DNA from: a virus
Strand: one strand, 5' to 3'
DNA length: 64,000 bases
IMG/VR virus record: IMGVR_UViG_3300032307_000370
Span: 63,726-127,725 of that record
Shown here: positions 28,733 through 37,393 of the stretch, one piece after another
Layout: each line of letters starts with the position of its first letter
Position numbering within the stretch: position 1 is the first letter of the stretch
The notes under the pieces: generated by a model
What the model saw: the letters and a program-made list of their open reading frames with translations, nothing else
What the model was told of the DNA's origin: nothing
Database searches by the model: none
Program-made: the position numbers and the translations under genes

Positions 28733-30323
28733 ATGGACAAACCACTACATTATTTATTACACCGAAAGAGTTAACCTCAACTGCATAAATAACAACACCT
28801 GGTGCGGAAACTGATGATATGGCAATCCATTGGTTGTTTTGTCCCGAAACAGGTAAATTCGTACCATTATCTATTAATGTTGTTCCAATAGTTGGTGTTG
28901 GTGTTGAAGTTGTCCATCCGTTACTTGCAAATGAGAAATAATTACTACACGCTAAGACATCTGTTGACCACCAATTAGACCCACTTGTCCATTCATAAGA
29001 TGTTGGCTGACTTGTTAAAGATGGTGTAAGGGTCATTGTTGGTGTTGGGCTTGGGCTTGGACTTGGAAAACAAGGGGATCCCGTTTCACTAACAACTATT
29101 GCACCAAATAATGAATATGGTGTTGATAATGAATTAATGATTATGCTTTGGAAGGCATTTAATGTTTGAGATGATGATAATCCTGATAAGTCGGTGTAAA
29201 TATATGTTTGACCATTAATTGGTGAATTATTCGTTAATAAATATTGTGTACAAATAGCATTATTACAACATACTCCCACATTAGTAATTATTGCGCTACC
29301 CGTTGAAATTGTAGGTACTGTAGATGAACAAATGCGAACTATTCTATCACCCCAAGCTTGCCAACCCATTGATCCTGGTCTTAAATCTACTAATCTATTA
29401 TCTGAACAATCATTAAATGTGATAACTGAAAGTTGGGCACTACTATCAAAGTTTGATATTGTATATGAGTTACATAAACAAGGTTTTGTTGGTGTTGGAG
29501 TCATTGTTGGTGTTACGCTTGGTGTTGGTGTGATTGGAATACAATTTAAACAACTACCTTGACTTGAAGGTCCGTATTCTGTGGTAATTGTGATTTTATC
29601 ACCACCACTAATATTATCAACAATTGTTTGATAAATAAAACATGATGATTTACCATTAATTAAACCACCATAAACATCACCAATAACAAGTAGATTTCCG
29701 TTTGAATCAAATAAAGTTTGAGTTGTATAATATTCAATACCCGTAAAACAATCTTCAAACTTCTTACTTGTTGCACAAACAATAAATCCATCAACATTAT
29801 TAAATTTAGCTACACCATCATAATTACAAGGTCTATCAATTGGTGAAGAGGGTGTTGGTGTGTTAGTTGGTGTTGGAGTTGGGGTTGGTGAATAAGTATT
29901 TGCGGTTACATCTAAGGTAACTCCACCACATACATTAGTTGGGGTTGGAGTCATTGTGGGTGTAGGTGTTAGAGTAGAAGTTGGGGTGGGTGTTGGTGAT
30001 GGAGCAACATCACAATCAAATTCCGCATTAAAATCAATATCACAAGGTGCCGGTGTGGGAGGAGTTGGTGGACAATCTCCTTCAGATAAAATTGATGAGT
30101 AAAAATCGGGACAACTACTTGAAGTTGGGTTTGGACCAAACAAAATACAAGGATCCCCTAAGTTAGCGGCTAAACACCATCTATTTTCGGTTGATGAATA
30201 AAAAATATAGTAACCATTTGTGGCTCCCGTATAGTAATCTAAACTATTGTATAGACCATCAATGGTATATGTATCATCATATATCCCTGCATTACTAATA
30301 CATATATCTGTACTACAACTCAT
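28731..30323 (-). CDS. Cys-rich Pro/Thr-repeat structural/adhesin-like protein
   Basis: 530 aa with about five PTPT tracts separating Cys-containing modules. Confidence 0.65.
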   Translation of the reverse strand: MSCSTDICISNAGIYDDTYTIDGLYNSLDYYTGATNGYYIFYSSTENRWCLAANLGDPCILFGPNPTSSSCPDFYSSILSEGDCPPTPPTPAPCDIDFNAEFDCDVAPSPTPTPTSTLTPTPTMTPTPTNVCGGVTLDVTANTYSPTPTPTPTNTPTPSSPIDRPCNYDGVAKFNNVDGFIVCATSKKFEDCFTGIEYYTTQTLFDSNGNLLVIGDVYGGLINGKSSCFIYQTIVDNISGGDKITITTEYGPSSQGSCLNCIPITPTPSVTPTMTPTPTKPCLCNSYTISNFDSSAQLSVITFNDCSDNRLVDLRPGSMGWQAWGDRIVRICSSTVPTISTGSAIITNVGVCCNNAICTQYLLTNNSPINGQTYIYTDLSGLSSSQTLNAFQSIIINSLSTPYSLFGAIVVSETGSPCFPSPSPSPTPTMTLTPSLTSQPTSYEWTSGSNWWSTDVLACSNYFSFASNGWTTSTPTPTIGTTLIDNGTNLPVSGQNNQWIAISSVSAPGVVIYAVEVNSFGVINNVVVCP

Positions 30324-30324
30324 A

Positions 30325-30546
30325 TTATATATTTAAAGTATCTGTTACGATGCAATCATTATTATCTACCACTTTTACAACAAATTCGGTTAAACTTGCA
30401 TAAACTACCGGAATATCAAAACTATATGGTAAATCAACCGTATTAATGGTTGAAACATAAATACAAGTTGTTATAGGTGAATCACACACATAAACATCAA
30501 ATGGTTGTGCTCCCGTAACGTTGTTAATTGTTATATTTGTTGGCAT
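30325..30546 (-). CDS. Small Ig-like structural protein
   Basis: 73 aa beta-rich; TATTTAT on the minus strand at 30551-30557. Confidence 0.6.
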   Translation of the reverse strand: MPTNITINNVTGAQPFDVYVCDSPITTCIYVSTINTVDLPYSFDIPVVYASLTEFVVKVVDNNDCIVTDTLNI

Positions 30547-30582
30547 ATCTATAAATATAGAACTTATTAAAAACTTGTGAAG

Positions 30583-30611
30583 TTGATATGTTCTTTTATT
30601 TTACCTATATT
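30583..30611 (+). promoter_or_regulatory. Sigma70-like early/middle promoter of primase
   Basis: TTGATA-17 nt-TATATT, 7 nt before ATG 30619. Confidence 0.55.
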
Positions 30612-30618
30612 AATAAAA

Positions 30619-31518
30619 ATGGAAGAAAGCGAAGCAATAGTTGAATTACTGGAGGACCTTTTGGGTGATCATGGATTACATTACCCAAATAGAGGTCAAA
30701 TATCTTTTAATTGTCCTGTGTGCGATGAGGGTAGAAATAAACATAATTTAGAAATTAACTATATAAATAACGTTTATAAGTGTTGGTCATGTGGTGATGT
30801 TGATGGAACTCATGGTTCTTTAGGTAAATTGTTTGATAAGTATGGTAATAAAAAACTAAAAAAACTATTCAATGTTTTAAAACCTGAAACTATACAACCA
30901 AAAAAACGAAGAACAAAAAAATTAACTTTACCTGAAGGTTTTACATTATTTAAGGACTCAAGTCCAGTGTATCCTGTTAGAAGACAGGCGTATAATTATT
31001 TAAAAAATAGAGGTATAACTGATGAAATTATTGAAAAGTATAACATTGGTTTTTGTGATCGTGGAGATCATTTAGGTAGAATTGTTGTTCCATCGTATGA
31101 TATTAAAGGAGAGTTAAATTACTATATTGCAAGAAGTTGGGATCCAAAAAGTAGGTTTAAATATAAAAACCCTGAGGCAGAAAAAGATAAAATCATATTC
31201 AACGAAAGGTTAATTAATTGGGATAAAGACATATATCTGGTAGAGGGGGTTTTTGATGGGTTTTTCTTAGATAACTCAATCCCAATGTTAGGTAAACATA
31301 TGTCGGAAGTTTTATTTGAGAAAATCTATACAAAGGCAAAAGGTGATATAATAATAACTCTTGATGGTGATGCTTGGGATAATGCGGTTAAACTGTATCG
31401 TGAGTTAAATGGTGGTGAATTATACGATAGAATAAAAATCGTTCATTTACCCTTAGATAAGGATGTTTGTGATTTAAGAGGTAAAATTGAAGATTTTTTT
31501 GTAAAAATTAGGGATTAA
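30619..31518 (+). CDS. DNA primase (Zn finger plus Toprim)
   Basis: CPVC...CWSC; YLKNRGIT; LVEGVFD; TLDGDA. Confidence 0.9.
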   Translation: MEESEAIVELLEDLLGDHGLHYPNRGQISFNCPVCDEGRNKHNLEINYINNVYKCWSCGDVDGTHGSLGKLFDKYGNKKLKKLFNVLKPETIQPKKRRTKKLTLPEGFTLFKDSSPVYPVRRQAYNYLKNRGITDEIIEKYNIGFCDRGDHLGRIVVPSYDIKGELNYYIARSWDPKSRFKYKNPEAEKDKIIFNERLINWDKDIYLVEGVFDGFFLDNSIPMLGKHMSEVLFEKIYTKAKGDIIITLDGDAWDNAVKLYRELNGGELYDRIKIVHLPLDKDVCDLRGKIEDFFVKIRD

Positions 31519-31531
31519 CAAATAAATATGT

Positions 31532-31539
31532 TATCTTTG
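31532..31539 (+). promoter_or_regulatory. Bacteroidota-type -7 element
   Basis: TATCTTTG matches TAnnTTTG. Confidence 0.55.
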
Positions 31540-31557
31540 TAAGATTAAATAAAAATT

Positions 31558-32412
31558 ATGGATTTAAAAGAAGTTGCAAAAGAGATACGAGAAATCATAT
31601 CTCAGAAACAAAAAGAACTTAATTTGACTTTTGAGGAGGATTCTCACAAGTATACAATGATAGATGTTGATGGTAAATTAAGAGATGATTTCCCATCGGT
31701 GTCAAAAGTTCTAAAATCATTCTATGAGGAGTTTGATGCTGAAGGTATTTCATACAGAAAAGCAAATGGGGATCCTTATGAGCAACAACGATTGTTAGAT
31801 GAATGGGCGGCTGCGGGTGAATACTCGGTTAATGTTGGATCTCGTTCACATTTCTTTTTAGAAGAACACGTATTAAATGAGTTTGGTCTTGAGAAAGAAC
31901 TTAGACAACCTGTTTTTAATTGTGATGCGGAACAAATAGTTAAAAGTGATACTATGATCGTTGCTGGTAAAAATTATATTGAATTACTTAAAGAACGAGG
32001 ATGTGTTTTACTTGATACTGAGATTGTGTTGGGACACCCTGAATTAGGGTATACAGGACAACCTGATAAAGTTTGGTTAGTTATTGGTGTTAATGGTCAA
32101 GTTGGTATTCTTATTACCGATTGGAAAACAAACAAACCAAAAAACTTTGAAATAAATAAGTTCACAAAACAGATGAAAAAACCATTAACTCATCTTCCCG
32201 ACAATGCTCTTGGTCACTATAAAACACAATTACCACTATACGGTAAATTATTACTTAAAATGTTGGAAGGTTCTAAATATGAAAATATCCCATTGTTAGG
32301 TTGTATTATTGTGTTGATTACAGAAGAAAGAGAGTATGTTGAACATAGAGTTGATAAAAAGACAATTAATACTATCTTAGAGATGGATGTTAAACAATAT
32401 TTGAAAAAATAA
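31558..32412 (+). CDS. PD-(D/E)xK exonuclease (RecB/lambda-exo-like)
   Basis: PSVSKVL; H in SRSHFF; EIVL...GQPDKV...ITDWKTNK; QLPLY. Confidence 0.8.
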   Translation: MDLKEVAKEIREIISQKQKELNLTFEEDSHKYTMIDVDGKLRDDFPSVSKVLKSFYEEFDAEGISYRKANGDPYEQQRLLDEWAAAGEYSVNVGSRSHFFLEEHVLNEFGLEKELRQPVFNCDAEQIVKSDTMIVAGKNYIELLKERGCVLLDTEIVLGHPELGYTGQPDKVWLVIGVNGQVGILITDWKTNKPKNFEINKFTKQMKKPLTHLPDNALGHYKTQLPLYGKLLLKMLEGSKYENIPLLGCIIVLITEEREYVEHRVDKKTINTILEMDVKQYLKK

Positions 32413-32430
32413 ACGTAAAAAATATATTAA

Positions 32431-32643
32431 ATGGATGATATTATAAAACCTAGAATTGACCTTAAACAACAACCGACAGTTACTTGTGATGACTGCGGAT
32501 CTAAGTACTTTAAAGAGGTGGTACTATTAAAAAAAGTACCAAAATTATTAACAGGAAGTCAAGAAGACACAATCGTACCATTCCCAACTTATATGTGTAA
32601 TGCGTGTGGTTTTGTGAATGAGGATTTCATATTATTTGATTAA
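32431..32643 (+). CDS. Small zinc-ribbon protein
   Basis: CDDC...CNAC. Confidence 0.65.
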   Translation: MDDIIKPRIDLKQQPTVTCDDCGSKYFKEVVLLKKVPKLLTGSQEDTIVPFPTYMCNACGFVNEDFILFD

Positions 32644-32644
32644 A

Positions 32645-32791
32645 ATGGAAATCGGTAAAATGACAATAAGCGAGGCTTATCCTTATTTAAAAACTATATC
32701 GCTTGCGTATGGTTTAAAGTTAAATAGATCAAAAGATTTCAAATTAGCAAGAATTATTTTAGCGAACCTATATAGTAGGGAATTAGTATGA
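32645..32791 (+). CDS. Small hypothetical protein (48 aa, absent from ORF track)
   Basis: MEIGKMTISEAYPYLKT...SRELV fills the gap exactly and has an ATGA overlap with the next gene. Confidence 0.6.
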   Translation: MEIGKMTISEAYPYLKTISLAYGLKLNRSKDFKLARIILANLYSRELV

Positions 32792-33048
32792 CATATAAAG
32801 AATTTTATTTTTGGTTAGATGGGTTTGTAACCAATAGACATTGGACACAATATAGGAATGAAGAGATTACATTAATACTTCAAAAAATGAAGGAAGTTAA
32901 GGATGACGCATCTTCATTAGAAGATTTAAAAAAACGACCGGATTGGCTACCAATTCCTGTTCCTGTAAATCCATTTTCTCCAAACAAAGATCCATTAAGT
33001 CCGCCTTGGGAAATAACTTGCGAAACAAAAACACAATTAAATGATTAA
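32788..33048 (+). CDS. Hypothetical protein
   Basis: 86 aa, coupled at both ends. Confidence 0.55.
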   Translation: MTYKEFYFWLDGFVTNRHWTQYRNEEITLILQKMKEVKDDASSLEDLKKRPDWLPIPVPVNPFSPNKDPLSPPWEITCETKTQLND

Positions 33049-33820
33049 TAAAATTATACACTTTTCGGATTTACATATCCGTTTATTCAAAGACCATGAT
33101 CAATACAGATCAATTTTAGAGGTTGCAATTAGTCAATGGAAAGAATTAAAACCTGATAGAATTGTATTCACGGGAGATCTTGTTCATTCTAAAAACCAAA
33201 TGACACCTGAACTCATTGAGATGGTGAGTTGGTTATTAAAGGAATGTTCTTACATTGCTAAAACAATTATAATCCCTGGTAATCACGATTTTTTGGTGAA
33301 TAATACCGAAAGATTGGATGCGTTATCGCCAATTATAAATTCACTTAATAATCAAAATATCTTTTATTATAAAGATAGAGGGGTTTATGAGGATGAAAAT
33401 ATTAGTTGGTGCGTATATTCTCAATATCAAGGTAACATTCCACCTGATTTGAATGTTGCAACGGGAATTAAAATTGGGTTATTTCACGGACCAATACAAG
33501 GGATGAAAACCGACCTTGGATTTGATTTTGGTGAAGAAGCGTATGATGTTGATAAGTTCAACGGATTAGAAACTGTCTTGTGCGGAGATATACACAAAAG
33601 ACAAGAGTTTAAATTTAAAACCGGTAAAGGTTACATGATCGGAAGTCCAATACAACAAAACATTGGTGAAAGTATTGGTAAACATGGGTACGGTATATAT
33701 GATGTTGTATCGAAAGATTATATATATGTTGACTTACCAAACCCAAAACCGTTCTTAAAGTTCTCCATAAAATCATTTGAGGACATTGAGAATGGAACCG
33801 AAAAACTCCAAAATATTTAA
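33041..33820 (+). CDS. Metallophosphoesterase, SbcD/Mre11 (T4 gp47)-like
   Basis: SDLH, GDLVH, GNHD, LFHG and CGDIH motifs. Confidence 0.88.
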   Translation: MINKIIHFSDLHIRLFKDHDQYRSILEVAISQWKELKPDRIVFTGDLVHSKNQMTPELIEMVSWLLKECSYIAKTIIIPGNHDFLVNNTERLDALSPIINSLNNQNIFYYKDRGVYEDENISWCVYSQYQGNIPPDLNVATGIKIGLFHGPIQGMKTDLGFDFGEEAYDVDKFNGLETVLCGDIHKRQEFKFKTGKGYMIGSPIQQNIGESIGKHGYGIYDVVSKDYIYVDLPNPKPFLKFSIKSFEDIENGTEKLQNI

Positions 33821-34337
33821 GAAAGAAACAATGCAGGCGGTGTCTGCATTTTGTGAATCTGAAAACATTGAAGATGTTGATAATTTCATATACCTCTGCT
33901 TCAAACAAGGGTTTGATATAAAGAAATATGGTTTTTTAGGGGAGGGAGTTAGTAGGGAAGTAATAAAAGAAGTTGAGAAAATTGTTTATCAAACAGATGA
34001 TTCTCAGATAAATGAATTGTTGTTAAAAATACAACAATTAGAAAATGAAATGTCTAAAAAGGATAAAGAATTAGACGAACTTAGACGTAATTTAGACATA
34101 ATTTTAGACAAACCACCGGTTGAAATTATCAAAGAGGTGGAGATTCTTAAAGAAGTTGAGGTCTCAAATGATAAAATGGGAATGTTGCAGGAAACCCTAC
34201 AGGTTTTAAGAAAAGAACTGCAAACAAAAAACGAAAGAATTAAAGAATTAGAAAAAATAAACCGAGATCTTGAGAATACCTCGTCACAAACCAATGCGGT
34301 ATTTCTCAGGGGATCAAATTTAAACAATAGAATATGA
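33792..34337 (+). CDS. Coiled-coil protein with IKEVEKIV-type repeats
   Basis: EVIKEVEKIV and VEIIKEVEILKEVEV; probable start ATG 33792. Confidence 0.55.
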   Translation: MEPKNSKIFKKETMQAVSAFCESENIEDVDNFIYLCFKQGFDIKKYGFLGEGVSREVIKEVEKIVYQTDDSQINELLLKIQQLENEMSKKDKELDELRRNLDIILDKPPVEIIKEVEILKEVEVSNDKMGMLQETLQVLRKELQTKNERIKELEKINRDLENTSSQTNAVFLRGSNLNNRI

Positions 34338-34690
34338 TAGAATTATTAATTTGGATGATTGTGGCATATGGGATGACCACAATTTTAGTGTACGGTTCAA
34401 TCTTTAATGGGTTGAGAAATAATATTAAAACAGCGGGAACGAGTGAAGGATGGTTTTTAACAAGACCATTTTTTAAATTTGTGTCTGAGTTAATTTCTTG
34501 TATGTTATGTACGGGAACTTGGGTTGGATTTTTCCTTTCTTTAACTTTTTTTTCACCAATTTCACATTTCATTGGACTTAATGAATATTATTCCGTATTC
34601 TTTGATGGAATGTTATCGGCAGGTTCAGTTTGGGGCATAAATGCGATAATTGAATGGTTTGAGGAAAATAGACCAAGTAATAACAATTAA
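34334..34690 (+). CDS. Membrane protein, DUF1360-like
   Basis: Three hydrophobic segments with LISCMLCTGTWVG (CxxC..W). Confidence 0.6.
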   Translation: MIELLIWMIVAYGMTTILVYGSIFNGLRNNIKTAGTSEGWFLTRPFFKFVSELISCMLCTGTWVGFFLSLTFFSPISHFIGLNEYYSVFFDGMLSAGSVWGINAIIEWFEENRPSNNN

Positions 34691-34705
34691 ATAAATAATA
34701 ACAAA

Positions 34706-34948
34706 ATGGGAAAAGCGGCAAAAGCACACAGAGCAAAAGTTGAAAAACGAAACAGAAAAATTGCACAAGAAAAATATGCAATGAAGAAAGCGATTGAGAG
34801 AATGTTTGAGGCTCAAAAAATGGCAATGGAAAACAATGAGAATGTAAATGTTGAATTAAATGGTCAAGATTTAGGGTTTGAAGTTGTTGACACTATTGAG
34901 ATTAATGAACCACAAGTTGAAGAACAAATCTCTGAGTTAGAAAAATAA
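34706..34948 (+). CDS. Hypothetical protein
   Basis: 80 aa, basic N-terminus and acidic C-terminus. Confidence 0.55.
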   Translation: MGKAAKAHRAKVEKRNRKIAQEKYAMKKAIERMFEAQKMAMENNENVNVELNGQDLGFEVVDTIEINEPQVEEQISELEK

Positions 34949-34949
34949 A

Positions 34950-37322
34950 ATGGATTTGTTTAATCCCCCAAAATTATTTAATTACAATATAATGATAAAA
35001 GATTTAGATTTCTCTACGTTTGAAAATCCATCAATACAAGTTGTGTGGGAAGACGTACCTGAGAACTTCACACAAGACAAGATTAAGAGTGTTAAACATT
35101 ACTTCCAAAAGAAGTATAACACGACTAATGTCAATGTATTAACGAAAGTTAAAAACGTTGAGAAAGACACAATGCAAAGTATTGATGTATCTGTTAACGT
35201 TGCGGATGTTAATTACCAACTTGACTTGTTGAAAAAATTCTTAGAATCAAAAGGGTATAACGATTACTTGGATGATGTATTGAGAATTAATACGATGGTT
35301 GAGAATAAAATGACCGAGGAAGAAGTTGAGACAACTCAATTTAAGAAATGGTATATCAGAAATATTGAATTTTCTAATTTTTTATCTTATGGTGAGAACC
35401 AAAGATTGGATTTTGATAAATGCAACGGAGTTGTAGTTGTAGAATCAAATCCACCAAACTTTGGGGGAAAAACAGTTCTTACTGTGGATTTGTTAATGTT
35501 CTTATTTTTTAATGAAACAACAAAAACAACCAAGGCAGAAGAAATCTTCAACCGATTTACTGACAAAAACAAAGTAACGGTTAAAGGTGAGATCACAATT
35601 GATGGGGAAGAATACATTATTGTTAGAAACATTGAACGAAAACTTTCTAAGAAAGGTGAGTGGAATGTTAAAACAGAGTTGGACTTCTTCAAGAAATTAG
35701 CTGACGGGAGTTTACAAAACTTCACAGGAGAACAAAGAAGGGAAACTGAGGCGTTCATTAAGAATTCCATCGGTACAAAGGAAGATTTCCTTATGACCAT
35801 TTTAACTACGGCAACAAACCTTGAAGAATTGTTGGAATCAAAACCAACGGCAAGAGGTCAAGTGTTGTCTCGTTTTATGGGGCTTGAGTTTTTAAAACGG
35901 AAAGAGGAAGTTGCGAAAGAGGTGTATTCGGAATTTAATAAATCAAAATTATCTAACATTTATAATTCTGAAATGTTAAAAACGGATAACGAATCTTACA
36001 ATACTCAAATCGTTGAATTAAATGATCAAATTGGTGTATTAAAAACAGAGATTGACGATGTTGATGAGAAAATCCTAAAAGGGAAAGAATATCGTGATGA
36101 TATGTTAAAGAAAAAACATGGAGATATTGACCATGAAATCAGTTTGATGAACCCGACTAAAACTCAAGAGGAAATTGACTCTTTGGAACAAGAAAAAACA
36201 GGGTTTCAAAAGAAAGCAGAAGAACTTAAAGTTATTGAACCAAAAGAGTTTTATCACGAAGACCAACATGATAAAATTAAGGAGGATTATAACGATACTT
36301 TTAAGTTGAAAATTGAGCTTGATACACAGATCAATGAAATTGAGAAATTGAAGAGTTCTGTGAGTGATGGTATCAAATGTGAACACTGTGGAATTGAGTT
36401 AATGAACGCTTCAATAACCCAACAAAAAATCAGTCAACTTGCCGACTTTATCCGTCAAAGAGACGAAAAAAAAGGGTTAATGGCGGATTTAACCAACAAA
36501 GAACAAGCTTTTGTACAACTTAAAAAAGATTTTGATGAGTATGAGAAAAACAAACTTATCAAAGAGAAGTATGAATTAAGTATTGAAAGTTGTGACCTTA
36601 AGATTAGTACTTTAAAGGGTAAATTGGAAAGTTGGGGTAAAGTTCAGGACAAGATCAAAGAGAACACTAAGATTGACGAAATGTTAATCAAAGCGGATGT
36701 AAGATTAGATGAACTTGAAAACATCAAAAAAACCAAAAACTCTCAAATTTCTAATAACGAATATCAAATTAAATCGTTGAATGAGAAGATTGAGAACAAC
36801 AAAGGATTGATTGAAAAAATCAAATCTGAAGAAAGTAGAGAAAAAATCTACAAAATTTATTTGGAGGCGTATGGTAAAAACGGATTATCAAAAATCATTA
36901 TGAGGACAATGATGCCGTTAATTAACTCCGAACTCCAAAGATTGATGGAAGACAGTTGTTATTTCAAATTAGAGATTAGAATTAATGATAAAAACGAGGT
37001 TGAGTTCCTAATGGTTGATAATAGCACTGGTATTGAAAAATTAATGGTATCAGGATCGGGATATGAGAGAACAATCGCATCATTAGCGTTAAGATCAGTC
37101 CTTAGTAAGATCTGTACTTTACCGAAACCAAACATCGTGGTTTTTGATGAGGTATTCGGTAAAATATCAAACGACAATCTTGAAATGGTATCTGAGTTTT
37201 TCCAAAAAATTAAAGAATACTTTGGTAAAGTGTTCCTTATCAGTCACAATCCAATGATTAGTCAGTGGGGGGATACGATCGTTAAAATTACAAAAGAAAA
37301 CAATGTATCAAGAGTATTGTAA
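34950..37322 (+). CDS. SbcC/Rad50 (T4 gp46)-like SMC ATPase
   Basis: IEFSNFLSYG; Walker A GGKT; coiled coil with CEHC zinc hook; signature GSGYE; Walker B VVFDE; ISH. Confidence 0.92.
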   Translation: MDLFNPPKLFNYNIMIKDLDFSTFENPSIQVVWEDVPENFTQDKIKSVKHYFQKKYNTTNVNVLTKVKNVEKDTMQSIDVSVNVADVNYQLDLLKKFLESKGYNDYLDDVLRINTMVENKMTEEEVETTQFKKWYIRNIEFSNFLSYGENQRLDFDKCNGVVVVESNPPNFGGKTVLTVDLLMFLFFNETTKTTKAEEIFNRFTDKNKVTVKGEITIDGEEYIIVRNIERKLSKKGEWNVKTELDFFKKLADGSLQNFTGEQRRETEAFIKNSIGTKEDFLMTILTTATNLEELLESKPTARGQVLSRFMGLEFLKRKEEVAKEVYSEFNKSKLSNIYNSEMLKTDNESYNTQIVELNDQIGVLKTEIDDVDEKILKGKEYRDDMLKKKHGDIDHEISLMNPTKTQEEIDSLEQEKTGFQKKAEELKVIEPKEFYHEDQHDKIKEDYNDTFKLKIELDTQINEIEKLKSSVSDGIKCEHCGIELMNASITQQKISQLADFIRQRDEKKGLMADLTNKEQAFVQLKKDFDEYEKNKLIKEKYELSIESCDLKISTLKGKLESWGKVQDKIKENTKIDEMLIKADVRLDELENIKKTKNSQISNNEYQIKSLNEKIENNKGLIEKIKSEESREKIYKIYLEAYGKNGLSKIIMRTMMPLINSELQRLMEDSCYFKLEIRINDKNEVEFLMVDNSTGIEKLMVSGSGYERTIASLALRSVLSKICTLPKPNIVVFDEVFGKISNDNLEMVSEFFQKIKEYFGKVFLISHNPMISQWGDTIVKITKENNVSRVL

Positions 37323-37334
37323 AATACTTTACTA

Positions 37335-37378
37335 TAAGAAATAAATTCTTACTATAATGGTTAAGAAATAAATTCTTT
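37335..37378. promoter_or_regulatory. Tandem interrupted palindromes (operator-like)
   Basis: TAAGAA-ATAAA-TTCTTA at 37335-37351 and TAAGAA-ATAAA-TTCTTT at 37362-37378; 16-bp direct repeat with period 27. Confidence 0.55.
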
Positions 37379-37393
37379 ATTATATTTATAATT

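Noticed and set aside
21858-30060. Periodic aca/cca repeats as a possible CRISPR array or VNTR
   Set aside because: They lie in frame inside CDSs, encode Pro/Thr, and have no constant repeat with unique spacers.
19689-30546. Diversity-generating retroelement or invertase shufflon acting on tail genes
   Set aside because: No reverse transcriptase, recombinase, adenine-specific VR/TR pair or inverted crossover sites were seen in this window.
31558-32412. Cas4 assignment
   Set aside because: Lacks the four-Cys Fe-S pattern and any cas context; it is a generic PD-(D/E)xK nuclease.
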